From Octopus sinensis (Eukaryota): a stretch of DNA of 64,000 nt. Below, in pieces: positions 40,236 through 54,079 of the stretch. The translations under genes were made by a program, and so were the position numbers. The stretch is from contig NC_043014.1 of assembly GCF_006345805.1 (NCBI RefSeq), forward strand, positions 9,734,001 to 9,798,000, written 5' to 3'. The notes beneath the pieces were generated by a model. That model ran no database searches and was not told the origin of the DNA. It worked only from the letters and a program-made list of their open reading frames with translations. How positions within the stretch are numbered: the stretch's first letter is position 1; each line of letters begins with the position of its first letter.

Positions 40236-40779
40236 TTATCAATCATCAGTTACTTGGATACCATTAACTTGGTCTTACTTCAATAGACTGCATTTTACAC
40301 CACGCATCTGCGCATAGAAACCAGATTGCAATCTAAATTGAAACTAACAATCATTTACGTCCTGATGAAAAAATCCGTCTTTCCACTTCTATCTTTCATC
40401 TGAGGTCATCAACATCATTGCTTTCCAGCATTCTACACGTCAGCAACAACGTGATGTGAACCCACTTGTCTCTCTTCTCGCCTTGTGAGAAAATTTATAG
40501 AAATTATCTGATTCCACTGTCTCAGCACATGTTTGCATCTAAAATGGAAGGCAATAGGGCCAAATTATTTTCAACTAGAAACTCACTTTAAATCCTCCAT
40601 TTTCAGACATTGTACGCATGAAGATAAGCATAACTGGAACAATGCGGGCGGGTCTCTATCAAATTATGTGTGTGTGTGTGTGTTTGTATAAAAATATCTT
40701 TCCCTCAGGAAACAAACTGAAGTAGTTAGAATCTTCCAAGATATAATTTTTGTGGTTTTGTGGTCAAGAGTGGAGAGTA

Positions 40780-41065
40780 TTTTTATAAGATGACGTGTGT
40801 TGTTTTACTGATAGAAGAGGAGTTATGAATAGAGGTAGGATAATAGGTGACAACGCCTGGCCCAGTAACAGCCCAGATCTCAACTTGTCGATTGTCTTTA
40901 TGGGGCATACTTCTATCAAGGACCCATGCTTCGCCATACTCAAACGTCAACAGAAGTCCTGCATCGTGCTTGCGACACGCCAAGCCAAAACACAGAAGTT
41001 ACGGCAGCTGCAAAAAAATTCCCTTTTCGTGTGGAGGCAGTAAGTGCCCAAAACGGCAGCCATAT
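40780..41065 (+). pseudogene. Tc1/Tc3-like transposase C-terminal remnant
   Basis: WPSNSPDLN followed, after a frameshift, by LWGILLSR, matching WPxxSPDLNPxDxxxWG. Confidence 0.7.
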
Positions 41066-41422
41066 TGAGTGATTAAGGTTTGTGTAATAAATATTACGTT
41101 AAAATTATATCTGTCTACCACTATTATTTTAATATTTACACCCAGTTTTATGCATCGTAAAAATTGTCTCTATTTATTTGTAAGACCAAGTACACACAAT
41201 ACACAGAGGAATATAATTATATACTTACATAAACTCTATCGACCAACACCGAGATGAGAGAGTCAATATGCATTCTGAAATAGCCTAAATGATAAATTTT
41301 ATTTTAATATTTAAATCGTTTTTACGTTATGTAATTAACTGTTCATGAATATAAAAAATAAGCCTGAAACAGCTGTAGGCAACCTCAGGCCATCTGTGTT
41401 ATCATTAGATAACATATAGCTT

Positions 41423-41423
<1 letters not shown>

Positions 41424-41456
<33 letters not shown>

Positions 41457-41475
41457 GATAGATAGATAGATAGAC

Positions 41476-41526
<51 letters not shown>

Positions 41527-41543
41527 GGTAGATAGATAGATAG
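41424..41543. repeat. (GATA)n microsatellite
   Basis: Direct inspection. Confidence 0.95.
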
Positions 41544-41599
41544 TTACCTATGCATACATATGTATATATATGCATAGGTGTATGTATGCATGTCTGTTC

Positions 41600-42169
41600 T
41601 GTAGTTGATCATTTATAGTCTTTCTCTGAAGGAGCTTGCTTCTAACAAAGATATAAAGCTTCATCATTGGAACATAGATAATGAAATCAATGTCAAATTT
41701 TAAACCTGAGGAAAGTTTTGCATATTTTTACTGTTCCACTTACAAATAGTGTGTGTAATGTGCGAATCAGTTGGTTTGGTGGGTTTTTTTTCTTTTTTTT
41801 CTTTTTAAATGCGAGCTCATCCAAATTGAGAGTTAGTCATATACTTAACAAAACTATGTGCTACAATTATTATCGTTATCAATGTGAGATTGTAATGCGG
41901 AAATGGAAGCTGAAGGTTTTGGTAGCAGCTGCCCATAGTTATCTTTCTCTTTGATTATCAAAGAGACATTCACATTGACAGGACAGCTGACTTCTATGAT
42001 GCCATATACATTTTCTTGTCCGCCCCAAACAACAATATCCGCTGTGTTATGTTTACAATTGACATATGTCTTGATGGGAATAGTCCACCAGTATCCCTTT
42101 GGCTGGTATTTGTGAATATAATCAATGACAGAGTGGTTCTCTATATTTATTCCAGAACAGTCTTTTTCC

Positions 42170-42171
<2 letters not shown>
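41600..42171 (-). pseudogene. Dong/R4-type non-LTR retrotransposon 3' fragment (restriction-like endonuclease domain)
   Basis: KHNTADIVVW...IIEVSCPVNVN...KEKDNYGQL resembles the HNRPD...E.S.P...K...Y RLE motif; ends in GTVKICKTFLRF. Confidence 0.8.
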
Positions 42172-42208
<37 letters not shown>

Positions 42209-42212
<4 letters not shown>

Positions 42213-42327
42213 CGTCACCGTGACCGACCAGGCTATCGGATGTTGCTACATATCGCTGGTCACAATGCGCTTCGTATTGATTTAGCCTTCAAATGACGCC
42301 ACCCCGCTGGCTAAGCGAGCAGGCCAA
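42209..42327 (-). mobile_element. Family H short element
   Basis: Reverse complement of 6603-6724; lies in (TA)n. Confidence 0.8.
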
Positions 42328-42345
42328 TATATATATTATATATAT

Positions 42346-42395
<50 letters not shown>

Positions 42396-43269
42396 TCTAT
42401 GTATATATATATGTATGTATATATGTAAGCATGTATGCACGTATGTGTACATTTATGTATCTATGTATGTATACATGTATGTATTATGTATGTATGCATG
42501 TGTATGTGTGCGTGCGTGTATGCATATATGTATGTATGGTGTATGTATGTATGCATGTATAGTTGCGTATGGTACTTTAACCGTTATTTGATCAACACTT
42601 ATTCGTAACTTATATATTCTTATTGTGTCCTTCTAATTTTCTCACCTTGAATAAAAATACATCAGTAATGACTTGTGGTGACCTTTTCCCCTAAGTCATT
42701 ACCAAAAAAAAAAAAAAATTCATCATTTTTATTCATCACTTTTATTTGCTTCAAGAAACAAGGAAACCCGTGTAAATAACAACTCTGTATTTCTTATAAA
42801 TTTTGTCAAACTGAACTAAATAATCTTTCCTTTACCTCTATTAATATTTGATTGGCAATATTCGAGCTTCATATGTTTATATTCATTAAATTTGTTTACT
42901 TTCAGAGAACAGAGAAACTATTTGCTTTTCCAGTTGCTGACACTCCCGAGAATATCTTACAAATGAGTTCATCCCGTGTATATTTGTATATATATTTTAA
43001 ATGGTAATTGCTGTGTTATCCCATGGTGTCATAAAATGATTAGTAAGGGACTTGTGGGATATCCTTTCAGAATTATGAAATCATAACGTCCATAACTACT
43101 CACGTATAAGATTAGGTTATTAGCAATGTATCCTCTACAGATGGCTGATTTCAAAACTATACTGTAATACCATTTCGAGTAGAGTTTTACTCAAGTCAAA
43201 ATTTATGGTAATGTGCGAAAATTCTGGTACGGTTTCCAAGGTAACACAATGTATTAAAAATTGTCAAAC

Positions 43270-44258
43270 ATTATACACCCTCTTGCTTTTTCAATGTGTT
43301 TAGAGAAAAGCCGATGATAAACAACTAAGTCATTTTTCTATATGGTCTCCTTCCTTTTCGATGCACTTGCTCCAGCGGTCCACAAGCTAGAGGATTCCTT
43401 CCAAGAAGAAGGTTTTCGTTTGCTTGTACAACCATTTGTGTAACGCTTCCGTCAAATCTTCATCCGTAGGAAATCGATGCCCTGCTAAGTGATCCAATGA
43501 TATGATAGTCGGAAGGGGCAAGATTTGGGCCCTAGATAGGGTGTTCCAGCAACTCAAAATACAGTTCCTTAATGCTTTGAGCGGTTTGAGCGGCCGTCTG
43601 TGCGTGTGCATTGTGATGCAACAACAGAACTTTCTTCTCAAATAGGCTCCGGTTTTTGGTGCAAACTGTTGGTTTCAGTTTGTTGGTAGAAAAGCACTGT
43701 ATCTTCTCTAGGTAGCCTTCCACGTAGCTTTGCAGTAGAGGCTCTTTTGAGTTAAAAAATATGTTCAGAATCACCTTTCCCGCGGAAGACTGATTCTTGA
43801 ATTTCTTCCACGATGGCGAACCAGGATAATTCCAGTCCATACTCAGTTTTTTTGGATTATGCTTCATAATGATGGACGCACGTTTCGCTCCTGTTATTAT
43901 TTTGCACAAAACTTCGCCGCCCTCATTGTTCTAGCAATCGAGTAAATGTTGGCAGACCACAAGAGGTTTGCTCTTGTGTTTTGCAGTAAGCTCTCTTGGC
44001 AGCCATCTTGGCAGCCATCGTGGATGATTTAATAGGCAGGACAATGACAAATCTGCAGATAACGAGGTACCTCACCGATGATAACTCGCTGGCTCACCAA
44101 TACCATTTCACGAGCTTGCTGAATGTTCTTGTCATTTGTGGGGGTTGACAAGCGCCCTGCCCCCTCTTCGTGCGTCACGATTTTCCGGCCACTTTAAAAG
44201 ATCTCGATCCATCCATACACACTTCTACGCAGTAGTGCACTGTCCCCGTATTGTGCTA
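43270..44258 (-). pseudogene. Decayed mariner transposase
   Basis: KIITG, SAGKVILNIFF, LLLHHNAHAQTA, ELLEHP and RFPTDEDL. Confidence 0.9.
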
Positions 44259-44329
44259 TACACATGCATACATGCATGAATACATACTGCATAAATACAT
44301 ATAAATATATATATATATATATATGCTCA

Positions 44330-44532
44330 CTTACTTGTTTCAGTCATTTGACCGCGGCCATGTTGGAGCATCGCCTTATATTCGAACAAATCAATCCCAG
44401 GTCTTATTCTTTGTAAGCCTAGTACTTATTCTATCGGTCGCTTTTGCCGAACCGCTAAGTTACGGGGACATAAACATACCAGCAGCGGTTGTCAAGCGAT
44501 GTTGGTGGAACAAGCACAGACACACATATACG

Positions 44533-44566
<34 letters not shown>

Positions 44567-44828
44567 TCGTTTTTGGATTTGGTTTGCAAGATTCTTTATA
44601 TGAGTTTGTGTGTTGAAGCATATTCTGTTGTGTCTGGGGAGAGTCATTTCCTTTTTGTGCCTTATAATTTACACACTCACCGGCAAAACTTCCACTTAAT
44701 TCTTATTTTTATTTTCCTAAAATTTTCGTTGCGTCTTGCAACCTAGACGACGGGCTTCTTCCGTCTACCACATCCACTCACAAGGCTTTGGTCGGCCCGA
44801 AGCTGTAGCAGAAGACACTTGCCCAAGG

Positions 44829-44874
<46 letters not shown>

Positions 44875-45140
44875 CGTTTTTGGATTTGGTTTGCAAGATT
44901 CTTTATATGAGTTTGTGTGTTGAAGCATATTCTGTTGTGTCTGGGGAGAGTCATTTCCTTTTTGTGCCTTATAATTTAACACACTCACCGGCAAAACTTC
45001 CACTTAATTCTTATTTTTATTTTCCTAAAATTTTCGTTGCGTCTTGCAACCTAGACGACGGGCTTCTTCCGTCTACCACATCCACTCACAAGGCTTTGGT
45101 CGGCCCGAAGCTGTAGCAGAAGACACTTGCCCAAGGTGCC

Positions 45141-45141
<1 letters not shown>
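44330..45141 (-). mobile_element. SINE family 2 with inserted family G element; ~300-bp tandem duplication
   Basis: 44566-44832 is repeated at 44872-45141. Confidence 0.85.
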
Positions 45142-45187
<46 letters not shown>

Positions 45188-46515
45188 TTTCCTAAGCGCA
45201 CGTCCTGCTTCTCATTATTTGACAACTGCTGTTGATCCCTTTAGCTCGCGGTAAGGCTGTGGTGCGGTAGAAAAGGAGGGTGGATTAAGAACCCGTCTAT
45301 GATGCTTATAACTGTGGCGATTTCTTGGACTACACCTTCAAGGTGGTGCCTCAGCATAGCCACATCCAATGACTGGATAAAGTAAAATGTAATAGCTATT
45401 TGGAAAACTGGAATAATAGGTTATATGTGTCGTGTAAGTTACAGATGATAAAATCTAACGATGTCTGACTCTGAAAGAGAAACTAAACCAATTATTACTA
45501 ATTGGTTTAGCAAATATACTTGTTGGTTTCTGTAGGATAATTGTAGTTAAATAAAATATAGATATATACTCAGAACATTCAGAACAATATGAAGGTCCAT
45601 AGAGCTTTGACACAAGAGGCACGTCGAGGTGTCGAGGCCATTAGGATCACAGGACTTATCAATAATGGTACATAGAATATACTAATAGATACAGTGCTTA
45701 TATAGAAATGTTAGATCTAATAGAATTATTCATATCAAATTTTATCCATTTTTTCCCAGCGACTGGAGATGAAAGGTAATCATTTGTCATAAAAGCTTTA
45801 TTTCTCCTGAACCAAATCTAATAATAAATGCATAATGAGAACTGGATTAATTTTATATCACACGATTGAGTCAGTAGTAAATTCCACGTGAATACATTAG
45901 TGTTCAGAAACAGAATTTCCATTCGAATAGTGCTAGGCATTTAAATCGCTTAAACAGAGATATTTATTTTATCTGCATTTTATCTTTCCACAGAGAGACA
46001 GAGAACAAATTAAAGAATTTTAAAAGAAAAGAAACGTATATCTAATATATGTAAGAATTCAAAGCACAATCAGTCAACATAATTGATGAATATAAAATGA
46101 TACTGTCTTAATTGAATTTGAAATTCTTATGGCAGATGAAATTATTCCTTGCTTCGCAAAGAAATACACTCCACACATGAATCATTTCAGCAGCTATGAC
46201 AAACAAGATTAGAAAATTAATATGCGCGAGTATATATATGTATATATATATATAATATATATATATATAATATATATATATATACAAATATACATATATA
46301 CATATATACATATATACAAATATACATATATATATATATACACAATATACAAATATACATATATAATATATATACATATATATATACATATATATATATT
46401 ATATATATATATATATATACATACACACACATATATACACATACATACGTGTCTGTGTGTGTCTGTGTGTGTCTGTGTTTGCGTATGATTGTGTGTTTGC
46501 GTGTCACTCTCTAAT

Positions 46516-46595
<80 letters not shown>

Positions 46596-47548
46596 TGCTA
46601 ATCATACGATGTATAAAATATAAAATAAGCAATGGAGAACGATACTACTTTCAGCACATGCGATTTAATGAATATAGAAACCAGTGTCTGTTGATGTATA
46701 TTAATCCAAATAATTTTCTCATAAAAATCTCAACGCTTTTTGATGAATTGACCGCTAATTGATAGGTTCTCTAATTCCTATTACACCGTTGACTGTATTG
46801 CCGACCGTTTAGATGCCTTGTTAAAATAAATTTATCATAAATTATGGAAATAAATGAAAAAATGTTCAGTGGAATAGATACATCAACCGGAACATACCGA
46901 CGAAGCAGCATACGAATACGGACACAGTTACATACAAAACTATCTGATGTTCGTTAGTTATTGATTTTTATATGATAGCATGAAGTGTTACTTACAATTT
47001 TCACTTTAAAGATGTCTATTCATTGATTTATCCATGTTGCAATGACGGCTACACACGAAGAGTGCCCCGCTGTTGTCTGTGAAAATAAAAGAAGAGAGAA
47101 AGGGGAACTTAAAAAATTTCGAATCGTTATGCATTTCGGGATTTCAAAATTATCCATGTATATACAGGCAGCTGAAGAAACGAAAGCACACCGCAATTAC
47201 TACATCTGTTAGCGGTTAAATATGTGAAATCGTAAGCCATGGCTTAAAACTCTTGTTGTGTGATAAATCAAGGCGGGAGAGTCGATTGTTTGCGCTAAGT
47301 ATGAAAGATTAAGTATGCTGCATGATTCATATCTTGAATCACTGAGTGTAGGCCCTCCCTATTACTTCGGTATACCTTGAAGCGACACGGCGATTAGCCT
47401 CCCAGAAGAAATAGTTGATTGTCTCTATAGAAACCATTTCTTGGTGCAGTCAGGCAAGATTATTTCAGCAATTGTAACTGACCCAAGCTGTTAACTCTTG
47501 AAATGGATGGCTCAGAATAAATTGTGGCACTCTTGGCAAGATCCTTTC

Positions 47549-47828
47549 GAGCCGAGGCCAGGGGTCGGTGGCGAGAAAGGTGAAAGAAAAAATAGAAAAA
47601 CTCGCGAGCGTGCGCGGATGGCACGTGCGAGGAGATCGTCCTGGCTGCGTGAGCAAAGGCGTGTAGGCGCACGGTTGCGACGACGGCTAGGCGCAGGCGA
47701 GGAAGAAACCGAACTTTCGATGGCGAGAGGACGAACGAACGGAACGGCAGCGGGCGAGCGAGCGAAGCTGCCGAGGCGTGAGGCATAGAACGACATCGAC
47801 AGCAAGGGCGATGGCGCTCACATGTCGT
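47549..47828. other. GC/CpG-rich island of unknown origin
   Basis: 41 of 60 bases are G/C in 47641-47700, with many CpG, against an AT-rich background. Confidence 0.8.
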
Positions 47829-48685
47829 GTATTTCTCCATGAGGTATCGAACGTATTGTTAATATATTTTAACTATAACTGCAAATTTCATACTAATGTC
47901 CTCGTTTGAATCCATGTCTAGGTAAATTCTAGCGAATACTGATAATATTATTTTATACACCGCCGATAGTTGTTGTTGACAAATAACGGCAGTAATTTTA
48001 TTCAGCTGAATACACGTCATTGATTGGTTGGAATTACCGAAATACGAGAACTCTACCACGAAATAACTTCCAAAATTCAGAATGTTTTCAACTACGCCAA
48101 GAGTAAAAGATATTTCATGTGACACATTTTATCAGTACACGAAGTTTGAAAGTGTTTAGTTATAAAAAATTATATTTTAAATCTGTCGGTCAAAAGGTAA
48201 AGATCCCATACTTTTACTGAACTTCTATTGTGCTTATAAATAGAAGTAGTGGAATCATTGATATACTGTAGGGCAGACATTCTCTCTCCAGGACCAAAGC
48301 CATTCACCAATACGATATTTGGAGGTTTCTCAACTCCGAACGGGAATTGATAACTAAGCAAGAAGTTAATTTATCTTCAAATAATAATAAACTTTCTTGG
48401 AGTCGGAGCAGTTGCGTCGCCAGTAAGCAACACTGCATTATATTTCCACGTCAGTAAAATCAAGGCTATATATAAGTAAACACAAACACATACATACATA
48501 CAATAAAGCTTTTCAGAATTATAGGTATAAAGGTCGTCTGATTGCTGGAAAGTCGTTGCTAAATGGCGAAGTAGCTATGAAACCTAAAAAGAAGTAACCC
48601 GATCTTCGTTAGAGGGCGTGTAAGTTTTGACTTTGTTGTCAGTTCATGTTACTTAATGGTTACGGTACTTATGTATTCTACTTAA

Positions 48686-48912
48686 AAGGCGGCGAGCTGG
48701 CAGAATCGTTAGCACGCCGGGCGAAATGCTCAGCAGTATTTCGTCTGCCGCTACGTTCGAAGTTCAAATTCCGCCGAGGTCGACTTTGCCTTTCATACTT
48801 TCGAGGTCGATAAATTAAATACCAGTTACGCACCGATGTAATTGACTTAATACCTTTGTCTGTCCTTGTTTGTTCTCTCTGTGTTTAGCACCTTGAAGGC
48901 AATAAACAAATA
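48686..48912 (+). mobile_element. SINE family 1 monomer
   Basis: Full length. Confidence 0.9.
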
Positions 48913-49811
48913 AGTACTTATATGACTGTTGCGCCTCGGTAAACGACTTTCAGTGGCAAAAGAAACACAGCACATCATTTTAGTGTTCTTTTATTCCTTT
49001 CAACAGAACTTCCAGTAAAATTACTCGAATCTGTAAAATTCTATGAAATTCTTAAAACTTAAATTCTGATTGACAATTTTGCATTCGATAAAACATAATT
49101 CTTTTTTCTTTTATTTTTCTCCTGAAACGTCAACTTGTAGTCAGTATCGAGTCTTTGACCATTATGATAATTCGCTTGTAATGCTGCTATTAAAAATCAA
49201 TTTCCCTGCTAAGCACATTGACTCCAGTGGTATAAAGTGATAAACTTTGTGGTACAGCTTATTCTTAGCGGTCGTGACCGATAATATTTACAGGTATTAG
49301 AATATGTAGATGAAGCAACGAGTGAAAAGATGAAGTGTATTACATCATATAAGTGTGTGCTTATTTCTTGCAACAGCAGTTCTGTACAATATCTCGAATC
49401 GATAAAATGTCAGACAGCATACTTTGATGTATTTCTTCAAAAAACTTTTTATCAACTGCGTCAAAATATTTCATATCGGTCGCTTTTTTGTTTTCGCTTC
49501 AAACGTACAGAAGAGATAAAATAGCTACTGGGATATTTTTTAGGGATTTTAAAGAAGACAAATATCTCATGCAAGTTACATTTGTTTTTCTAGCAACGCA
49601 CAATCACCAGTGAAAAGCTAATACATGTTCGTGCGTAAGTTTATGTATATACGTTTTTATTCCGAACCAAAGTGGTGCGTCATCTAGTCGCAAACTACAC
49701 CGGACACTTTAGACGAATTTATGCTTGCAATTAAAACCACCTTCTTATATAAAAAATGCATAATACCATAATGTATATTTGTAAATACAGACAACGTATT
49801 TGTGAATGCTG

Positions 49812-50041
49812 AGGGCGGGCAGGCATAAACATTAGCACGATGGGCGAGATGCGTTGCCGTATTTCGTCTGCCGCTACGTTCTGAGTTCATATTCCGCCGA
49901 GGTCGACTTTGCCTTTCATCCTTTCGGGGTCGATAAATTAATTACCAGTTGCGCACTGGGGTCGATATAATCGGCTTAATCCGTTTGACTGTCCTTGGTT
50001 GTACCCTCTGTGTTTAGCCCCTTGTGCGTAGTAAAGAAATA
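49812..50041 (+). mobile_element. SINE family 1 monomer
   Basis: Full length. Confidence 0.9.
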
Positions 50042-51101
50042 TATATATTCTACTTAATCTTTCATACAAATATATATTCTACGATACTTGCAATATTCTA
50101 TTTCTGTCTACTATTACATTTTGTGTAGTGTTCTCAGTATTAGATGACTCAATGTAAGAACAGGTAGAAAGATTAGGCTGACACTAAACCGGTTTTGCAG
50201 TTTTTTTTCTCTTTGACAACATTCAATAGTTTAAGATTCTTTTTCATAATTAGAATTCGTAAAAACTACTTCAAAGTTTGATTGACACTTGTTATTTGAT
50301 AAAAACATTTTCTTGATATTTTCCCTCTTAAAACATCAACTTTCAGTTACTATCAGCACTTTGATCATGACGATAATTCTCTTGGAAAGTTGTTATTAAA
50401 AAATCGATTTTGCATCTAACCAGATTGAACCCAATCGTCTGAAGTCATTTACATTCTGCAACAGCTCAATTTCAGTGGTCATGACCGATTATATTTGAAG
50501 ATATTGAACTGTGTTAAAGCTATTCAGTAAGGTAACGAAAGAGTAAGATCAACTACAATCCTTAAAATTACACAATACAATCTACGAAACGAAAGGATAT
50601 ATTTTTTAAAACATCGTGCTATAAGGTGCAATACCCGGAAGAAATATGGAATGATTTCGGTAGGAATTCCTTTGATCAGTAAGCCTGTTTAATGGGATGT
50701 GACCTGCTGCTAAATTATGAAAACCAAGAACAATGGATTTAATCACGATACAGGCGGAAATGCAGTGATCTATTGTAAGGATAAGCTTCACCAGATAATT
50801 GGTAGTTATTTGTTATTCACAAGGCTTAGATCCCAAAAGAGATATCAGTGCAATGATTCGGTTTATGAATGAAACAATCGATATATAATTATCGTATTGG
50901 CACTGATGTCTTTATGCTTGAATCTAAGGGATTTCTATATCAAGGAAAGTGGTAATGTGATATTATTTTATTTATGCCGTTACCAAAGACAGCAACAGGA
51001 TGCTTGGATTGTAGAAAGAGAAGGACGAGTCACTACAGTGAAATACTTAAAAGTACTTGCTTTAATTTCAAGATTCAATGAAATATCTCTATGTATATAT
51101 A

Positions 51102-51608
51102 TCTATATATATAAAACTGTAGTTGTGTGAGTGTCTGTCCCCTTCGATTTAGATTCCTAACTACTCCCACATTTTGCGGTGTAGTTTAACCAAATTCAGG
51201 TATCTTATAGTCGTGATTCATATCGAGCCCGTCTGGGTATTAGCGCGCGTCTACGATCAGTCTACGATTTAAAAAATAATTTAACATCATTTTTTATTCC
51301 ATTTTAATGCATAATTTTTCGTGTGTCGATGGCGGCGGAGTTGGCGTCCATGGTCACGCCTGCACCTGTTTGCTTCTCCCCCTTCTTCCCTCCCTCGTGA
51401 AGCTGTGGGGAAGGGAGTGTAAGGAAATCAACGTCGTAAAGCGTGGTCAAGGAGACCAGCGTTCTTTTAGAATAACGACTTCATGGCTTGAAGACACCAA
51501 AACAGAAATGGCTAAGAAAGCCCGAATTGGCATCTATAAGTAACTCTCTAAAATGCTTATATAGTTATTTCCCTTACAAACCCGAGCAACGCCGGGCGAT
51601 ACTGCTAG
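51102..51608 (+). mobile_element. Non-autonomous Helitron with a ~220-bp extra internal segment
   Basis: A|TC...hairpin...CTAG|T; 5' part shared with the 33192 copy. Confidence 0.88.
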
Positions 51609-51626
51609 TATATATATATATATATA

Positions 51627-51812
51627 GGAGAGTTTACGAAAAAAAAAAGACGACGACAGATGGTGTACAAAACAAACAGATGTATTAGTATAACGCTCAG
51701 GAATAGAAAAAGTCTTTTACATTTCGAGCCTACGTTCTTCTAGAGAAAGGGGGACAAAGAAAAAACAAGGAGAGAAAAAAATGTGTGTAGTGGCTAAAGA
51801 TCTATCATGGCG
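51627..51812 (-). mobile_element. Mini-element family E (degenerate hammerhead-like)
   Basis: Reverse complement homologous to 55210-55385. Confidence 0.65.
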
Positions 51813-51834
51813 TCTATGTGTATATATATACATA

Positions 51835-52165
51835 TAGTAATGGTAAGACAACAAAAGAATGAAAGAGATCTCGATATTATGTAAATAGAGAAATTTATCT
51901 GTAAAATAATATGTGACAATTATTCGGTTGCTATAAGATTCCGAGTTTTGGACGTCGAGGCGGAAACCTGCATCGGTATCTCTTCAGTTATCGAAGCAAT
52001 CAAAGAGGGAGAAAGATAGGTTGGTAGCAATGACAAGGGTTAAGCAGTGATACGTAGTTCTCGTTGAAGAGGAATTGAAATGGCGGTGGGGAAAGGAATT
52101 CGAAGTATGGAGCGGGCGTAGCAGGAGGTAAAGAATGAGGGTCTAGTTGGGAAGAAAGACAGTCG
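51835..52165 (-). mobile_element. Mini-element family F (degenerate hammerhead)
   Basis: Reverse complement gataa CTGAAGA...aAAACTCGGAaTC ttat; homologous to 55450-55570. Confidence 0.6.
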
Positions 52166-52214
52166 ATATATATATAATGCAAAGAGTATCGATACACACA
52201 CACATACACATACA

Positions 52215-52359
52215 CGCATAGGAGTGGCTGTGTGGTAAGTAGCTTGTTTACTAACCACATGGTTCCGGGTTCAGTCCAAGTGTCTTCTACTATAGCCTCG
52301 GGCCGTCCAAAGCCTTGTGAGTGGATTTGGTAGACGGAAATTGAAAGAAGCCCGTCGTA

Positions 52360-52405
<46 letters not shown>

Positions 52406-52623
52406 TGTGTGTGTTTGTGTGAGTGTATTTGTCCCCCTAGCATTGCTTGACAACCGATGCTGGTGTGTTTACGTCCCCGTTACTTAGCGGTTCGGCAAAA
52501 GAGACCGATAGAATAAGTACTGGGCTTACAAAAGAATAAGTCCCGGGGTCGAGTTACTCTATTAAAGGCGGTGCTCCAGCATGGCCGCAGTCAAATGACT
52601 GAAACAAGAAAAAGAGTAAAAGA

Positions 52624-52625
<2 letters not shown>
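52215..52625 (+). mobile_element. SINE family 2
   Basis: Head to tail with a small deletion. Confidence 0.9.
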
Positions 52626-52665
<40 letters not shown>

Positions 52666-52686
52666 ATATATATATATATATATATA

Positions 52687-52757
52687 CCAGAGTAAGCACA
52701 TAAATGTGAAACAAGTTGGGTAAAATGGTACTCGAATACTGAAGGTAGAGTAATATC
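52687..52757. mobile_element. Family B tail-only fragment
   Basis: Similar to 36940-37010. Confidence 0.65.
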
Positions 52758-52785
52758 TTTGTGATGCCTTACAGCTTAATAATAT

Positions 52786-52816
<31 letters not shown>

Positions 52817-53208
52817 AGGGAGAGAGAGGGAGGGGGAGAGATGGCGGGAGGGGAGCGAGACAGGGAGAAGGAGGGAGAGAAGAGTGGGTATAAGTAGAAG
52901 GGAAAGTTACTAGGACGGTTAGAGGTGAACTTTACCGCTCGTCTTTTCCGTTTATATGGAAACATTTCCATTCAATTGAATCATGTCAAAATATTGATGG
53001 ATTAATTGAATCACTGACAATTAAAATTAAATTATTTCGATTTGAAACTTTGGTCTGTGAACATATCGTAATTTTCTGACAGTTATTTAAACAATGTCCA
53101 GTGCTTTGCATGGACACTAGTTTAGTACCAGTGAGGTAACGCAATTGAAAATGATATCTTCATACACTTATCTATCATTCTTTTAGTTACCATGAAGACG
53201 GGAACCTC

Positions 53209-53441
53209 TTTCTTTACTACCCACAAGGGGCTAAACACAGAGGGGAAAAACAAGGATAGACAAACAGATTTAGTCGATTACAACGACTCCAGTGCGTAAC
53301 TGGTACTTAATTTATCGACCCCGAAAGTATGAAAGGCAAAGTCGACCTCGGCGGAATTTGAACTCAGAACGTAACGGCAGACGAAATATGGCCACGCATT
53401 TCGCCCGGCGTGCTAACGTTTCTGCCAGCCCGCCGCCTTAC
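53209..53441 (-). mobile_element. SINE family 1 monomer with 16-bp TSD
   Basis: tgaagacgggaacctc at 53193-53208 and 53442-53457. Confidence 0.93.
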
Positions 53442-53667
53442 TGAAGACGGGAACCTCCTATTCCCAGTGGGCCAATTGTGCGCCTGGACACAAACCCAGC
53501 TGTCTTTACAATCCCATACACACATATACATGTATACATTTTGTTGGTTGTTGGCCCTTGATTGCTCTTCCGCTCTTGAGGGCTACCGCTGCATGGTTGG
53601 GTCGTCAGTGATTAAAATGGCAAACCCATATTACATGTTTCTATTTTAGCTTCAATTATTTCTATTA

Positions 53668-53790
53668 TACATTATTTACATTTGACAGGTATTTGTCCTC
53701 ACCTTGTATTAACAACAAAGAAAATGAGGACAAATATCCGTCAAATGTAGATAATGTAACTAGTTCTTCATCTCTTTAATACAGAACTGT
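53668..53790. mobile_element. Family C short palindrome
   Basis: Outer arms of 14359-14576 without the centre. Confidence 0.7.
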
Positions 53791-54079
53791 ATTTCTATCA
53801 TGTTCTGTTTCTTTTTTTTTTTTGGTTTTTTTTTCTTTTATCAGCTCTGATAAATTCATTCGTTGTAGATCGATACTGCGAATATCAGCAATTTATCAGG
53901 ATTGGTTCAACCAATTATATTCATTTCATATAAACTTTTTAGCATTGTAATAATGAGCGAAATCAATATTAATCATATTGGCTGGAACATACGAAAGGCA
54001 TTCAGAGCTACTGAGACTTTTTATCTAGGCTAGGCATTTATAATTATTGTAATTCAAGTATAAAGTATCGTTACTCTAC

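Noticed and set aside
47460-47840. Overlapping Arg/Ala-rich ORFs
   Set aside because: Open on both strands because of high GC content; no domain recognised.
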